Numbered from the stretch's first letter, positions 18,690-28,317 are shown. The stretch: DNA of 32,000 nt from Candidatus Saccharimonadota bacterium (GCA_001790095.1 MGBH01000001.1:180001-212000); one strand, 5' to 3'. Notes: a model not told the origin generated them from the letters alone. Translations and numbers: made by a program.

Positions 18690-19744
18690 ATCTGTTGTTT
18701 TTTCATACGCTGAATGATCAGGATGAAGATGAGAAGTATGAGCGCAATCATGACAAACGATATGAGTTTTTCAATTCCTTCTAAAAAGAGGCTTGCCATA
18801 CCTAATATGAATGTGACAGACCAATAGAAGACCGCTATTCTTCTTTTTCCCCAGCCAATGTCAAGAAGCCGGTGATGAAGGTGTCCCCAGTCGGCACGAA
18901 AAGGCGACTTTTTGTATATAATGCGCCGGATGATAGTATAGGATGCATCGATCATAGGTATCGCGAGGATCAGGAACGCAGTCCCAATTTTGCCAAACGA
19001 AAGGATAGAAAGTATACCAAGAAGAAATCCAGCCAGAGCTCCTCCACCATAACCGGGCATGATGCTTTGGGGATAGAAGTTGTAGGGAAGAAATCCTAAA
19101 AAAGCTCCTCCTACGATAAACGCCAAGGTCATAACTACTTGAGCTGATACATCATGCACAACAAATCGTTGCGAAAGGATTCCTAAAAAGATTGCGGCAA
19201 TCCCCACAAAGCCCGGGAGCTGTCCGTCTACTCCTTTACTCCAGTTAATCATATTAGTTGTCCATACAAGCCAAAAGATAGCTAACATATCGGCAAGAAT
19301 AAGTATGGAGTGTTTTCCAAAAAAGTCAAAAACTAGTCTCCACCCATCAAGCCTAATCACTCCACCAAATGGATTAGATATAAAAGGTATGCCAAGACCA
19401 AAACCTATGACTATGGCTGAAACAAAGATATTTGCTCCAAATCGCAAATAAGGAGACAGATCGTATTTATCGTCAAGAACACCGACGATAAGGAGCAAAA
19501 AGCTTGAAATGAGGATTCCAACCATGATTTTATTAAGGGGAAGAAATATAAGCGCAACAAGCAAGATAGCTATAAATATGGGAATTCCGCCTCCTCGGGG
19601 GATGATGCCTACATGGGTATGGGCAGGGTGGACCCTTTTTGTTTTGTCAGTTACGAGTGAGTATTTTCGGGCAAACTGAATAGTAAAAGGGGTAAGCGCA
19701 TATGCGATTAGAAAAGCAAATAAGAAGGCCAGAATACTATCCAT
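18686..19744 (-). CDS. GT4 polyprenyl-phosphate phospho-sugar transferase (MraY/WecA superfamily)
   Basis: 352 aa polytopic membrane protein with IIPRGGGIP, VLDDKYDL and NWSKGVDGQ motifs, similar to those of WecA/MraY. Confidence 0.75.
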   Translation of the reverse strand: MDSILAFLFAFLIAYALTPFTIQFARKYSLVTDKTKRVHPAHTHVGIIPRGGGIPIFIAILLVALIFLPLNKIMVGILISSFLLLIVGVLDDKYDLSPYLRFGANIFVSAIVIGFGLGIPFISNPFGGVIRLDGWRLVFDFFGKHSILILADMLAIFWLVWTTNMINWSKGVDGQLPGFVGIAAIFLGILSQRFVVHDVSAQVVMTLAFIVGGAFLGFLPYNFYPQSIMPGYGGGALAGFLLGILSILSFGKIGTAFLILAIPMIDASYTIIRRIIYKKSPFRADWGHLHHRLLDIGWGKRRIAVFYWSVTFILGMASLFLEGIEKLISFVMIALILLIFILIIQRMKKQQI

Positions 19745-19745
19745 A

Positions 19746-20051
19746 TTAACTTACGAGAAATACTAATTTCATAAATAATAAAGTCATACTAATCATTAAA
19801 AAGACATTAAAATATTGAAGCATTTTACTAACAAACACGTTTTCAAAAAAAAACTTTCTTGCAAAAAAAGAGTTAAACATAATAAATAGATTCATGAAAA
19901 GCGGAAAAAGGAAAATCATCCACCACTCACCTAGTTGATCTTCTCCTGCAGCATGACTATAAAAAAGCGGTATTTGTGGAGGGAATGATTGATAGCGCAG
20001 TGCAAACACCAGAAACATGGTCATATTGCTTAAGATAAGGGCAATTATCAT
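19746..20051 (-). CDS. Small 3-TM membrane protein (DUF1648-like pattern)
   Basis: 101 aa and hydrophobic. FPPQIPLFYSHAAGEDQLGEWW resembles the DUF1648 P..IP.H....G..D.. signature. There is a 1-nt gap to the GT4 gene. Confidence 0.4.
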   Translation of the reverse strand: MIIALILSNMTMFLVFALRYQSFPPQIPLFYSHAAGEDQLGEWWMIFLFPLFMNLFIMFNSFFARKFFFENVFVSKMLQYFNVFLMISMTLLFMKLVFLVS

Positions 20052-20089
20052 ACCTGCTATTATACCCTATATACATCTTATTTTTCGGG

Positions 20090-20118
20090 TTGAAAAAAAT
20101 CAAAGTGTCTATTATGAT
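20090..20118 (+). promoter_or_regulatory. Candidate glyA promoter
   Basis: TTGAAA (20090-20095), 17-nt spacer, TATGAT (20113-20118). It lies about 63 nt upstream of the glyA ATG. Confidence 0.45.
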
Positions 20119-20181
20119 GTAAATCAAAATGACATAGAACATTCTCCAATTTAACCTTCTTATTAATTTACTCATATTTTT

Positions 20182-21507
20182 ATGAAAGATAAAAAAATTT
20201 CGGTTCTTATCAACAGAGAGAAAAAAAGACAAAAGACTGGAATTGAACTTATCCCTTCAGAAAACTATGCCTCATCAGAGGTAAGGAGTGTTTTGTCCTC
20301 ATACTTTGTGAACAAATATTCGGAAGGATTTCCAAAAAAACGTTATTACGGCGGAAATGAAGTAGTAGATGAAATGGAGATACTTACTCAAGAACGAGCG
20401 AAAAAACTATTTAAAGTTCCTTTTGTAAACGTTCAGCCTTATTCTGGGTCTCCTGCCAATCTTGCTGTTTATATTGCGTCCTGTAAACCAGGAGAGACAA
20501 TCATGGGACAAGCACTTGTGGCGGGGGGACATCTGACGCATGGACACTCAGTATCAGCAACAAGTATGTTTTATAAAAGCGTTCAGTATGGAGTTAAAAT
20601 AAATCCATCTAAAGGTGAAGATTTGTTTGACTACGGTGAAATTAGACGCCTTGCAAAGGAACATAGACCGAATCTTATTTGGGTTGGAGGAACTGCACAT
20701 CCACTCATTTTCCACTATGAAAAATTTGCCGACATAGCTGATGAAATTGGAGCATATCTTGCTGCTGATATTGCTCATGTTGCTGGTCTTATAGTGGGTG
20801 GAGTACATCCATCTCCAGTCAAACATGTTCACATCGTAACCACGACAACTCACAAGACCTTAAGAGGTCCTAGGGGAGCAATGATTATGGTCACCGATAA
20901 AGGACTGAAGAAGGATCCGGATTTATCTGTAAAAATAGATAAGGCGGTTTTTCCCGGTTTACAGGGAGGTCCTCATGACAACCAGACTGCTGCCATAGCA
21001 ACAGCATTATTTGAAGCATCTCAACCCTCATTCAAGCAGTATGCGAAACAAGTAGTGAGAAACTCCAAAGAACTGTCAAAAGTATTAAGCTCGGGAGGAT
21101 TAAAGCTGATTGGAGGAGGAAGCGAGAATCATCTCATCCTAGCAGATCTTACTTCTGTCATGGGTCTAGGATCTGGAGTATTTGTCCAGAAGGCACTTGA
21201 CCTCGTTGGTCTTACATTAAACAAAAACACTATACCAGGTGAGCCGTCGTCTCCATTTTATCCATCAGGAGTGAGACTCGGGACTGCAGCCTCAACGACT
21301 CGCGGCATGAAAGAAACGGAAATGCAGTTTATTGGCAAGACCATTATTGAAGTGATTGACATTATCAAAAACGTAAGATTGCCTGTAGAGAAAAAAGAAC
21401 GAAGCAAAATGATTGTAGAATTTGAATCTAAGCTACGTAAAAACAAAACCATAAAGGTTTTACGAGATAAGGTCAAAAAAGTAGCTGTGAAGTTCCCTAT
21501 TCCATAA
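20182..21507 (+). CDS. glyA: Serine hydroxymethyltransferase
   Basis: 441 aa with ELIPSENY, the PLP-lysine region TTTTHKTLRGPRG and GGPHDNQ. Confidence 0.95.
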   Translation: MKDKKISVLINREKKRQKTGIELIPSENYASSEVRSVLSSYFVNKYSEGFPKKRYYGGNEVVDEMEILTQERAKKLFKVPFVNVQPYSGSPANLAVYIASCKPGETIMGQALVAGGHLTHGHSVSATSMFYKSVQYGVKINPSKGEDLFDYGEIRRLAKEHRPNLIWVGGTAHPLIFHYEKFADIADEIGAYLAADIAHVAGLIVGGVHPSPVKHVHIVTTTTHKTLRGPRGAMIMVTDKGLKKDPDLSVKIDKAVFPGLQGGPHDNQTAAIATALFEASQPSFKQYAKQVVRNSKELSKVLSSGGLKLIGGGSENHLILADLTSVMGLGSGVFVQKALDLVGLTLNKNTIPGEPSSPFYPSGVRLGTAASTTRGMKETEMQFIGKTIIEVIDIIKNVRLPVEKKERSKMIVEFESKLRKNKTIKVLRDKVKKVAVKFPIP

Positions 21508-21512
21508 GAAGC

Positions 21513-22853
21513 TTAATAGAGAGCTTGAATAATATAGGAAAGATCGTCTTTCAGAATAAATGCCCTATGTGGATAAGGGGGCAAACTGTTACTAATACTG
21601 TTTTCCGGAATCAATATTTTCCCCACATAAGACCGAATCTTTCCATATGTTTTTCCATATATATATACTTGTTTTCCATCAAGATAATACTGCGCTGGAT
21701 GAAAGTTAAATTCGTGAGTGACATATATTACATCATCTTTTCCCATGAGTTTTTTTATCTCTAGAAGCGGTCGTTTAATATTTGCTTTATTCCGTTTGAT
21801 TACCTGCACAAAAGAATAGTGTCCCAAGAAAAGCAGAAGGAGCGCCATTAGTGGATACAGAAGCTTTGAGGGAAGAGTCTGTAGGATGTAGATGAGGGTG
21901 AGGAGTAGACCGATTGTAATAAAGATGGTATATCTTGGTAAAAAAACTGGTTTTATAAAAGATATCAATATAACAGACAGTAATGGAGCAATAACCCAAC
22001 AACACATCAATATACCCAGTCTCTCATTTTTTTTATGTTTATTTGGGTGGAGATTTATATGTATTTTTTTATAGTTACGAAGTATAAAAACAAAGAAAAT
22101 ACCATATAGTAAAACTGAGATTATAGGAAGCGGCACGTAATAAAAGGATTGAATGTATTCATATCCGGTAAAAAGAAGAGCGGGTATATTTAGTACTGTT
22201 TTTATATCAAGCCTGGGTATCCAAAAGTCGTTGTTCAATGGAGGTCTTGACGCAACGACAAAACAAATCCATGGGGCATATGAGATTGCAATCGCAAGGT
22301 ACATTTTACATATTTTTTTAAGTTTGTTTCGTTCAGTGAGAATAAGAAATAGTATCTGTCCCAAAAGAGCAAATGCGGCAAAGTAATGAGTATAGAGACC
22401 TGCTACTGCAACTACGACATATTTTTGGTACTCTCTTTTATACAGATAATAAAATGACAAAGTGATAAAAAAAGCAAACAATGTATACATACGTGCTTCA
22501 AAAGCATAGTAATGTAATAATGGATTTAACACAAAGAGAAGAAGATAAAATAGTGTTTTTTTGACGGAAATCTTAAAAATATTATTAAGAAACAAACTTA
22601 CCACATATAGAGTTCCAAAGAAAAAAAGAAGAGAAAGCGTTCTTAGCGCAATTTCTGAAGGGCCAAAAACGCCTATCCACATATGCAAAAGCAGATAATA
22701 AAGTGGAGGGTTATAATCTTTTGCGGTAAGAATCAAAATAGACAGTATATTTTGTTTTGCTAACAAATATGAGAATGCCTCATCTCTCCAGAAACTTTGG
22801 ATAAAAAACCTTAACGGAGTAAACGTATAAATAAAGAAAAAGAATTGACTCAT
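21513..22853 (-). CDS. GT-C fold glycosyltransferase (GT39/GT83, ArnT/PMT-like)
   Basis: 446 aa polytopic membrane protein. The first-loop DE motif is present (FWRDEAFSYLLAK) along with YNPPLYYLLLH. Confidence 0.7.
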   Translation of the reverse strand: MSQFFFFIYTFTPLRFFIQSFWRDEAFSYLLAKQNILSILILTAKDYNPPLYYLLLHMWIGVFGPSEIALRTLSLLFFFGTLYVVSLFLNNIFKISVKKTLFYLLLFVLNPLLHYYAFEARMYTLFAFFITLSFYYLYKREYQKYVVVAVAGLYTHYFAAFALLGQILFLILTERNKLKKICKMYLAIAISYAPWICFVVASRPPLNNDFWIPRLDIKTVLNIPALLFTGYEYIQSFYYVPLPIISVLLYGIFFVFILRNYKKIHINLHPNKHKKNERLGILMCCWVIAPLLSVILISFIKPVFLPRYTIFITIGLLLTLIYILQTLPSKLLYPLMALLLLFLGHYSFVQVIKRNKANIKRPLLEIKKLMGKDDVIYVTHEFNFHPAQYYLDGKQVYIYGKTYGKIRSYVGKILIPENSISNSLPPYPHRAFILKDDLSYIIQALY

Positions 22854-22864
22854 ATTAGTTAGTC

Positions 22865-24343
22865 TTACATTTTTTCAGTCACCTTGTACTCTATTTTTTT
22901 CCCAATAATCATTCGAGTGTGCGATTCGAGGGCGGGAAGCGATGAAAGAAAAAAAGAAATAAGAGGCAAAAAATACCACTGAATTAAGAGAAGAGGGAAG
23001 TTTATGAGCTTTGTTCCGATGTTTATTCTCTGACGTAATTTAACATCTAAATAGATATATACGAGTATCATTGATGTTGAAATGGTGAGGATAAGGCCTG
23101 ATAATTGCGGAAGTAAAAAGCCAAGAACCGTCCTTTTAAATACAGGATTTACAATGGGAGGAATCGATGCGCTTAAGGTAAGAAGAAAAAAAGACGTTGG
23201 CCAAAAGAGATGATTTTCGACAAGGTAAAGAATCTTTTTTAATTTTGGGAGCGCTTTTATATGAGGTGTAGCAAAAAATCTTTTAAGCGCGTAGCCTATA
23301 TCGCTTACCCCCCACGCCCATCTTTTTTCCTGCTCGTATCGATTGACGAATGTCTTTATCATATTGCTTGTATACACCGCGTCTCCGCTGACCATGGTAT
23401 AGAGGGGAATGGTTTTTACCTTTTCGCCATAAGTAAAAAAGGCCTGAAAGAAAACATGCCAGTCTTCAGGAATTATATCCACATCCCAGTAGTTGATTTC
23501 TTTAAGAAGCCAGAGGTTGGTTGCATAGGTTGAGATTTGAATAAGTTTATCCTTTTGTGACAAAAAAGAAAGCCTAAGTATCGATGAAAGAGTTGCCTGA
23601 ATTCTGACAAAAAAAGAAAGCTTCCAAAAATTATTATAAAGTAGTACAGGGGCCCAATAAAAATGATGATATCTGTCTTTATCATGTATGTAAGTATGAG
23701 CGAGATAAGAAAAGAAATTAACAGGAAGCAAGCTGTCCGCATCACAGATGGTAATAATAATATCTTTACTTGAAAGATTTTTTTTATCACAGTATACTGC
23801 TACATCTTTTGCTGCATGGGTTTGATTACTTGCTTTGCCCGCAACCTCATCAGGTGCTAATACATGGTATGAGCAGATGATGTCTTCAAAAAAATAACCA
23901 AACTGATTTATGATCGATCGAGCTTTATCCTGTGCTTCTTCTTCGCGTTTTTCAAACGCAAGCACGAGGCAAATCTTTTTATAAGGATAATCGCTTTTTG
24001 TCATAGCCTCAATCGTTTGCTTCATCTTATGAAGAGGTTCTTTGTAGTTGGGGATGATGACAAAGTGATGGATTTTAGAAGCGAGGTTCATTTTCATTAC
24101 CATTCTTGCAAAGTCTATTTTGTCATGGTCCTGCATAAGTTTATAAGAGAGAGTCGAATAATAGACGGTTCGCAAACAGCTATAAAAAAAATAAAGATCA
24201 AAAGCAATGATAAAATAAGCAACAAACGCCGGATGGAAAGGAGACATCCATAGCGGGAAAGTAATAATAAGCCACGTGGTGACTGGGATAAAGATTTCAA
24301 ATAGCCGACCAAAGAATCGTGATCTTGCAATGTATTCTGACAT
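22865..24343 (-). CDS. Membrane-embedded processive-type GT2 glycosyltransferase (cellulose/chitin-synthase-like)
   Basis: 492 aa with N- and C-terminal TM helices flanking a GT2 domain. Motifs: IIPNYKEP, CDADS and QEKRWAWG (QxxRW). Confidence 0.7.
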   Translation of the reverse strand: MSEYIARSRFFGRLFEIFIPVTTWLIITFPLWMSPFHPAFVAYFIIAFDLYFFYSCLRTVYYSTLSYKLMQDHDKIDFARMVMKMNLASKIHHFVIIPNYKEPLHKMKQTIEAMTKSDYPYKKICLVLAFEKREEEAQDKARSIINQFGYFFEDIICSYHVLAPDEVAGKASNQTHAAKDVAVYCDKKNLSSKDIIITICDADSLLPVNFFSYLAHTYIHDKDRYHHFYWAPVLLYNNFWKLSFFVRIQATLSSILRLSFLSQKDKLIQISTYATNLWLLKEINYWDVDIIPEDWHVFFQAFFTYGEKVKTIPLYTMVSGDAVYTSNMIKTFVNRYEQEKRWAWGVSDIGYALKRFFATPHIKALPKLKKILYLVENHLFWPTSFFLLTLSASIPPIVNPVFKRTVLGFLLPQLSGLILTISTSMILVYIYLDVKLRQRINIGTKLINFPLLLIQWYFLPLISFFLSSLPALESHTRMIIGKKIEYKVTEKM

Positions 24344-24411
24344 GAGTCTATTATACTAGATGCAATCCTCAAAACCCCCCCATAAAAAAAGGTATAATGT
24401 GTTGATTTTCT

Positions 24412-27400
24412 ATGATCACCGACCAGTTTAAAACACATTATGACAAATTGAATCCGCAACAGAAGAAAGCTGTTGATACTATTGAGGGACCAGTGATGGT
24501 GATAGCGGGTCCCGGCACCGGCAAGACTCAGGTCCTTATTCTTCGAATTGCCAAGATTCTTCTTGAAACACAGATAGAGCCGGAAAACATATTAGCTCTC
24601 ACCTTTACCGAGTCTGCGGTATATGAGATAAGAAAAAGGTTGGTCAGTCTCATTGGTACTCCAGGATACCGAGTCGAAATCAATACTTTCCATGGATTTT
24701 GCAATAAAATTATTCAACACAATGAGCATGTATTTGAAGACTTAGTTGAAGCGGAAAGCATCGACGATCTCGAACAGATAACGCTTATTGAGTCTATTGT
24801 TGAGAGTGAAGAGTTTAAATATATCAAACCCTTTGGCGCACCTTTTCATTATGCAAGGTCAATACTGCAGGCAATTGGTGAATTAAAAAAAGAAGGGGTT
24901 AGTGTGGAAGCTTTTGCAAAGGGGATACAGGATCAAGAGAAAGATTTTGAAAAGATAGCGGATTTATATAATGAAAAAGGGGTATATAAGGGCGTAATGA
25001 AAGGTAAATATCAAGTATTTCAGAAGAAGATACAAAGAAATAAAGAGCTTCTTATTATGTATAAAAAATATGAAGACGCATTGGTGAAAGAGCGAAAGTA
25101 TGACTATCAAGACATGCTTCTTCGTGTTATACAGGTATTTAACAGAGACAAAAGCTTACTTCTGCAGATGCAGGAACTATATCAATACTTTTTAGTTGAT
25201 GAGCATCAAGATACAAACCGTGCCCAAAATCAAATTATTCAGTACCTGTGTGATTTTTATCCTAATCCAAATTTATTTGTTGTGGGGGATGAAAAACAAG
25301 CCATATTTCGTTTTCAAGGGGCGTCACTTGAAAACTTTTTGTATTTCAAGCATCTTTACAAAGAAGCGGTGCTTATCAACCTTAATCAAAACTATCGTTC
25401 AAGCCAAATGATATTGGATGCCGCAAAAAGTCTTATTGCTCATAACTCAAAAACAGATCTTCTTTCGGAAAGAATTTTATTGTCACAGGGAAACCAAAAA
25501 GAAGCACATATAAAGGTAGCAAAACTTAACACATACTGGTCTGAGTATTATTATATTGCAAAAGATATTCAAACAATGATAAAAAAAGGAGTTGATCCAA
25601 GAGAGATAGCTGTTTTATCCCGTAACAATAAAGACATTGACCCATTAAGTAGTATCTTTGAGCAACTTCATATCTCCTACGTCATCGCATCAGAACAAAA
25701 CTTATTTCAAGATCTTGCTATTGCAAAGCTTATCTCTATTTTTTATTCTATTTTGCGTTTGGGATCAGACAGTGAACTTATTGAAACGATGCATATTGAT
25801 ATTTTTGAGATTGATCCCCTTGATATTTATAAGCTGATGCAATTTGCAAGGGAAACCAATACTTTTTTATGGGAGGTTTTATCATTGCAAACATATAAAG
25901 GTAAAGTTGTTCTTCAAACACAAAAAAAAATAGAATCTTTTATCAAAAGAATAAGAGAGTGGAAAGAAAAGAGTATGAACGATAGTTTTGACAACGTATT
26001 TATCAGCGTATTGAACGAATCGGGATTTTTAAAGAGGATGCTTAGTCGAGAAAGGAGTGTAGATGTAATAGAAAAAGTGTCTATTCTATATAACGAGGTT
26101 AAAAGACTCGTATCTAAAAACCACCTTTTTAATCTGGATGATTTTATATCATATATTGATTCACTTAAGAGTCATCATCTTTACCCCTCTTCAAACAAAT
26201 CAGTTCACAAGCAAGGCGTCCGTCTCATGACTGCGCATAAGGCTAAAGGATTGGAGTTTGACTATATATACATTATTAATGCATATGATGGGCATTGGGG
26301 GAATAAACGCAAAGAGGGCAGTCTATTTCTTATTCCTTGGGAACATTTGTCAGTAATATATGATAAGACTCCTGAAGATGAAATAAACGAAGATGAACGT
26401 AGGCTTTTTTATGTAGCGTTGACTCGCGGAAGAAAGCAGGTGACCATATCTTATTCCTCCTTGAGCGAAGATGAAAAAGAACAAGTTGGATCACAGTTTA
26501 TAGAGGAAATAGACCCTTTATTTAAAAAACAAACTGATACTTCTTCATTTGAAAAATATATACTTCTACATCCGGAAATCTTTCTGCAAATAACAAAAGA
26601 TCCATCGATCTCTCACGTCCAAATGGAGCTACTCGAACATAAACAGTTTTTTTGTGATCTATTTGCCCATAGAGGATTATCTGTAAGTGGGTTAAATAAT
26701 TACCTTGAATGTCCTTGGAAGTACTTCTTTCGGAATCTGCTCCTTTTGCCTGATGTAAAAAATCAAAACATGATCTTTGGGTCTGCCATCCACGCAGCTA
26801 TAAATGCATATCTTATCCGACGTAAAGATCGTAAGGTTGAGGTACCTTGGGTTTTAGAAGAATATCAGAAATATCTCTTCAAGCAGCCGTTAAGCGAAAA
26901 AGAATTAAGAAATTTAAACGAAAAAGGAAAAGTGGTACTGAAAGATTTTATTAAGGCCAAGGCAAATCATTGGAAAAAGGAAACGGAAAGTGAGCTGACT
27001 ATAAAGGGAATTCGATTTAATGATGGAATTTTTTTGAATGGGAAAATAGATATGATTGAGCACACAAATAAAGAGGGAGAGGTCATTGTTTATGACTTTA
27101 AAACGGGTAAGCCAAAGTCTCGTTCATATATCGAAGGTACTATCAAGTCGAGTAAGGGAGACTATAAACGTCAACTTGTTTTTTACAAAATACTTCTTGA
27201 TCTATACAAGGAGGGGAGGTTAAGGATAAAGATGAAAGAAGGAGTCATTGAGTTTGTTGAAAAAAACGAGAAAGGACTGTATCAAAGCGAACGATTCACT
27301 ATCACAGAAGCAGAGTCAGATGAATTAAAGAAACTTATCTTAAAGATATCTCATGAGATACAAACATTGTCTTTTATCAATAAAACGTGCGATGACTCAA

Positions 27401-27444
27401 ACTGTCATTATTGTAGATTAAGATCCTTTATGGATGGAAGATAA
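24412..27444 (+). CDS. UvrD/PcrA-type SF1 helicase fused to a Cas4/AddB-type Fe-S PD-(D/E)XK nuclease
   Basis: 1010 aa. Helicase motifs: AGPGTGKT, LVDEHQDTN, VVGDEKQAIFRFQGA, TAHKAKGLEF and VALTRGRKQV. C-terminal nuclease: YLECPWKYFF, GKIDMIEH, VYDFKTGKP and YKRQLVFY. The terminal CDDSNCHYC gives the C...C-x5-C-x2-C pattern. Confidence 0.85.
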   Translation: MITDQFKTHYDKLNPQQKKAVDTIEGPVMVIAGPGTGKTQVLILRIAKILLETQIEPENILALTFTESAVYEIRKRLVSLIGTPGYRVEINTFHGFCNKIIQHNEHVFEDLVEAESIDDLEQITLIESIVESEEFKYIKPFGAPFHYARSILQAIGELKKEGVSVEAFAKGIQDQEKDFEKIADLYNEKGVYKGVMKGKYQVFQKKIQRNKELLIMYKKYEDALVKERKYDYQDMLLRVIQVFNRDKSLLLQMQELYQYFLVDEHQDTNRAQNQIIQYLCDFYPNPNLFVVGDEKQAIFRFQGASLENFLYFKHLYKEAVLINLNQNYRSSQMILDAAKSLIAHNSKTDLLSERILLSQGNQKEAHIKVAKLNTYWSEYYYIAKDIQTMIKKGVDPREIAVLSRNNKDIDPLSSIFEQLHISYVIASEQNLFQDLAIAKLISIFYSILRLGSDSELIETMHIDIFEIDPLDIYKLMQFARETNTFLWEVLSLQTYKGKVVLQTQKKIESFIKRIREWKEKSMNDSFDNVFISVLNESGFLKRMLSRERSVDVIEKVSILYNEVKRLVSKNHLFNLDDFISYIDSLKSHHLYPSSNKSVHKQGVRLMTAHKAKGLEFDYIYIINAYDGHWGNKRKEGSLFLIPWEHLSVIYDKTPEDEINEDERRLFYVALTRGRKQVTISYSSLSEDEKEQVGSQFIEEIDPLFKKQTDTSSFEKYILLHPEIFLQITKDPSISHVQMELLEHKQFFCDLFAHRGLSVSGLNNYLECPWKYFFRNLLLLPDVKNQNMIFGSAIHAAINAYLIRRKDRKVEVPWVLEEYQKYLFKQPLSEKELRNLNEKGKVVLKDFIKAKANHWKKETESELTIKGIRFNDGIFLNGKIDMIEHTNKEGEVIVYDFKTGKPKSRSYIEGTIKSSKGDYKRQLVFYKILLDLYKEGRLRIKMKEGVIEFVEKNEKGLYQSERFTITEAESDELKKLILKISHEIQTLSFINKTCDDSNCHYCRLRSFMDGR

Positions 27445-27447
27445 AGA

Positions 27448-28308
27448 ATGATTTTTCCTCTCAGGAAGACTATAACTACCACATCAATGGAGAAAAGAAG
27501 TAAAAATATAAAAAACTACTTTAAAGACTACATAACTGAATTTTTTATCTTTGTGAGGAAAGAACTCCGGTCTTGTATATTTGCCGGTTTATTTTTCGTC
27601 TTACTCTTTTTTTCTAAATACATAACATCGTTCGGTTTAGCACGATATGATTTTTTATTCATTTCAGCTATTATTATTCAGGGACTTCTTATTTTATTGA
27701 AGATAGAGACGGTTGATGAATTAAAAGTCATCTGTGTTTTTCATGCTATAGGTTTGGGTTTGGAGCTTTTCAAAACACATCCTGCTATTCATTCATGGAG
27801 TTATCCGGAAAAAGGTTTTTTCAAAATAGGGACTGTTCCATTGTACAGCGGGTTTATGTACGCATCAGTTGCAAGCTATATTATTCAGTCTTGGCGTCAA
27901 TTTAATTTAAAATTAGTACGTTACCCGCCCTATTGGGTAAGTATTCCGATGTGTTTTTTAATTTATGGTAATTTTTTTACAAAACATATTGTGTCTGATA
28001 TTCGGGTATGGCTGATATGTTTATTAATAATTATATTTGCCCGAACGACAATACGTTTTCAAGTGAGTAAAAGAAGGCGTGCAATGCCGCTTCTTTTGTC
28101 ATTTTTTTTAATAGCTTTTTTTATTTGGTTGGCGGAGAATATCTCAACTTTCCTTGGTGCGTGGCAGTATCCCAGTCAAGTCAACGGTTGGAGTCTGGTT
28201 CATTTGAATAAAATTAGTTCTTGGTTTTTGCTTTTTGTTATTAGTTTTATAACTGTTGCTGATCTGATGCTCTTTAAATATAAAGGAGGAAAAGTAGAAA
28301 CAAACTAA
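27448..28308 (+). CDS. Polytopic membrane protein, DUF817-like
   Basis: 286 aa and multi-TM. The segments RYDFLFISAIIIQ, VPLYSGFMYASVASYI resemble my recollection of DUF817; this is not verified. There is a 3-nt gap after the helicase gene. Confidence 0.45.
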   Translation: MIFPLRKTITTTSMEKRSKNIKNYFKDYITEFFIFVRKELRSCIFAGLFFVLLFFSKYITSFGLARYDFLFISAIIIQGLLILLKIETVDELKVICVFHAIGLGLELFKTHPAIHSWSYPEKGFFKIGTVPLYSGFMYASVASYIIQSWRQFNLKLVRYPPYWVSIPMCFLIYGNFFTKHIVSDIRVWLICLLIIIFARTTIRFQVSKRRRAMPLLLSFFLIAFFIWLAENISTFLGAWQYPSQVNGWSLVHLNKISSWFLLFVISFITVADLMLFKYKGGKVETN

Positions 28309-28317
28309 TAAGATAAA

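Noticed and set aside
20052-20181. Possible ZTP/THF-type riboswitch upstream of glyA, and a purine riboswitch upstream of purB (8548-8722)
   Set aside because: Both regions are AT-rich. They lack the G/C-rich conserved cores of those classes (for example the GGGTCG...CCGCCTGGGC-type ZTP elements or the purine three-way junction). The predicted leaders are too short.
19957-20232. 91-aa minus-strand ORF overlapping both the glyA start and the small membrane-protein gene
   Set aside because: It overlaps two better-supported genes and the divergent promoter region, and it is an AT-rich chance ORF. The same reasoning applies to the other short antisense ORFs in the track, such as 12430-12714, 21525-21764, 23473-23790 and 24115-24459.
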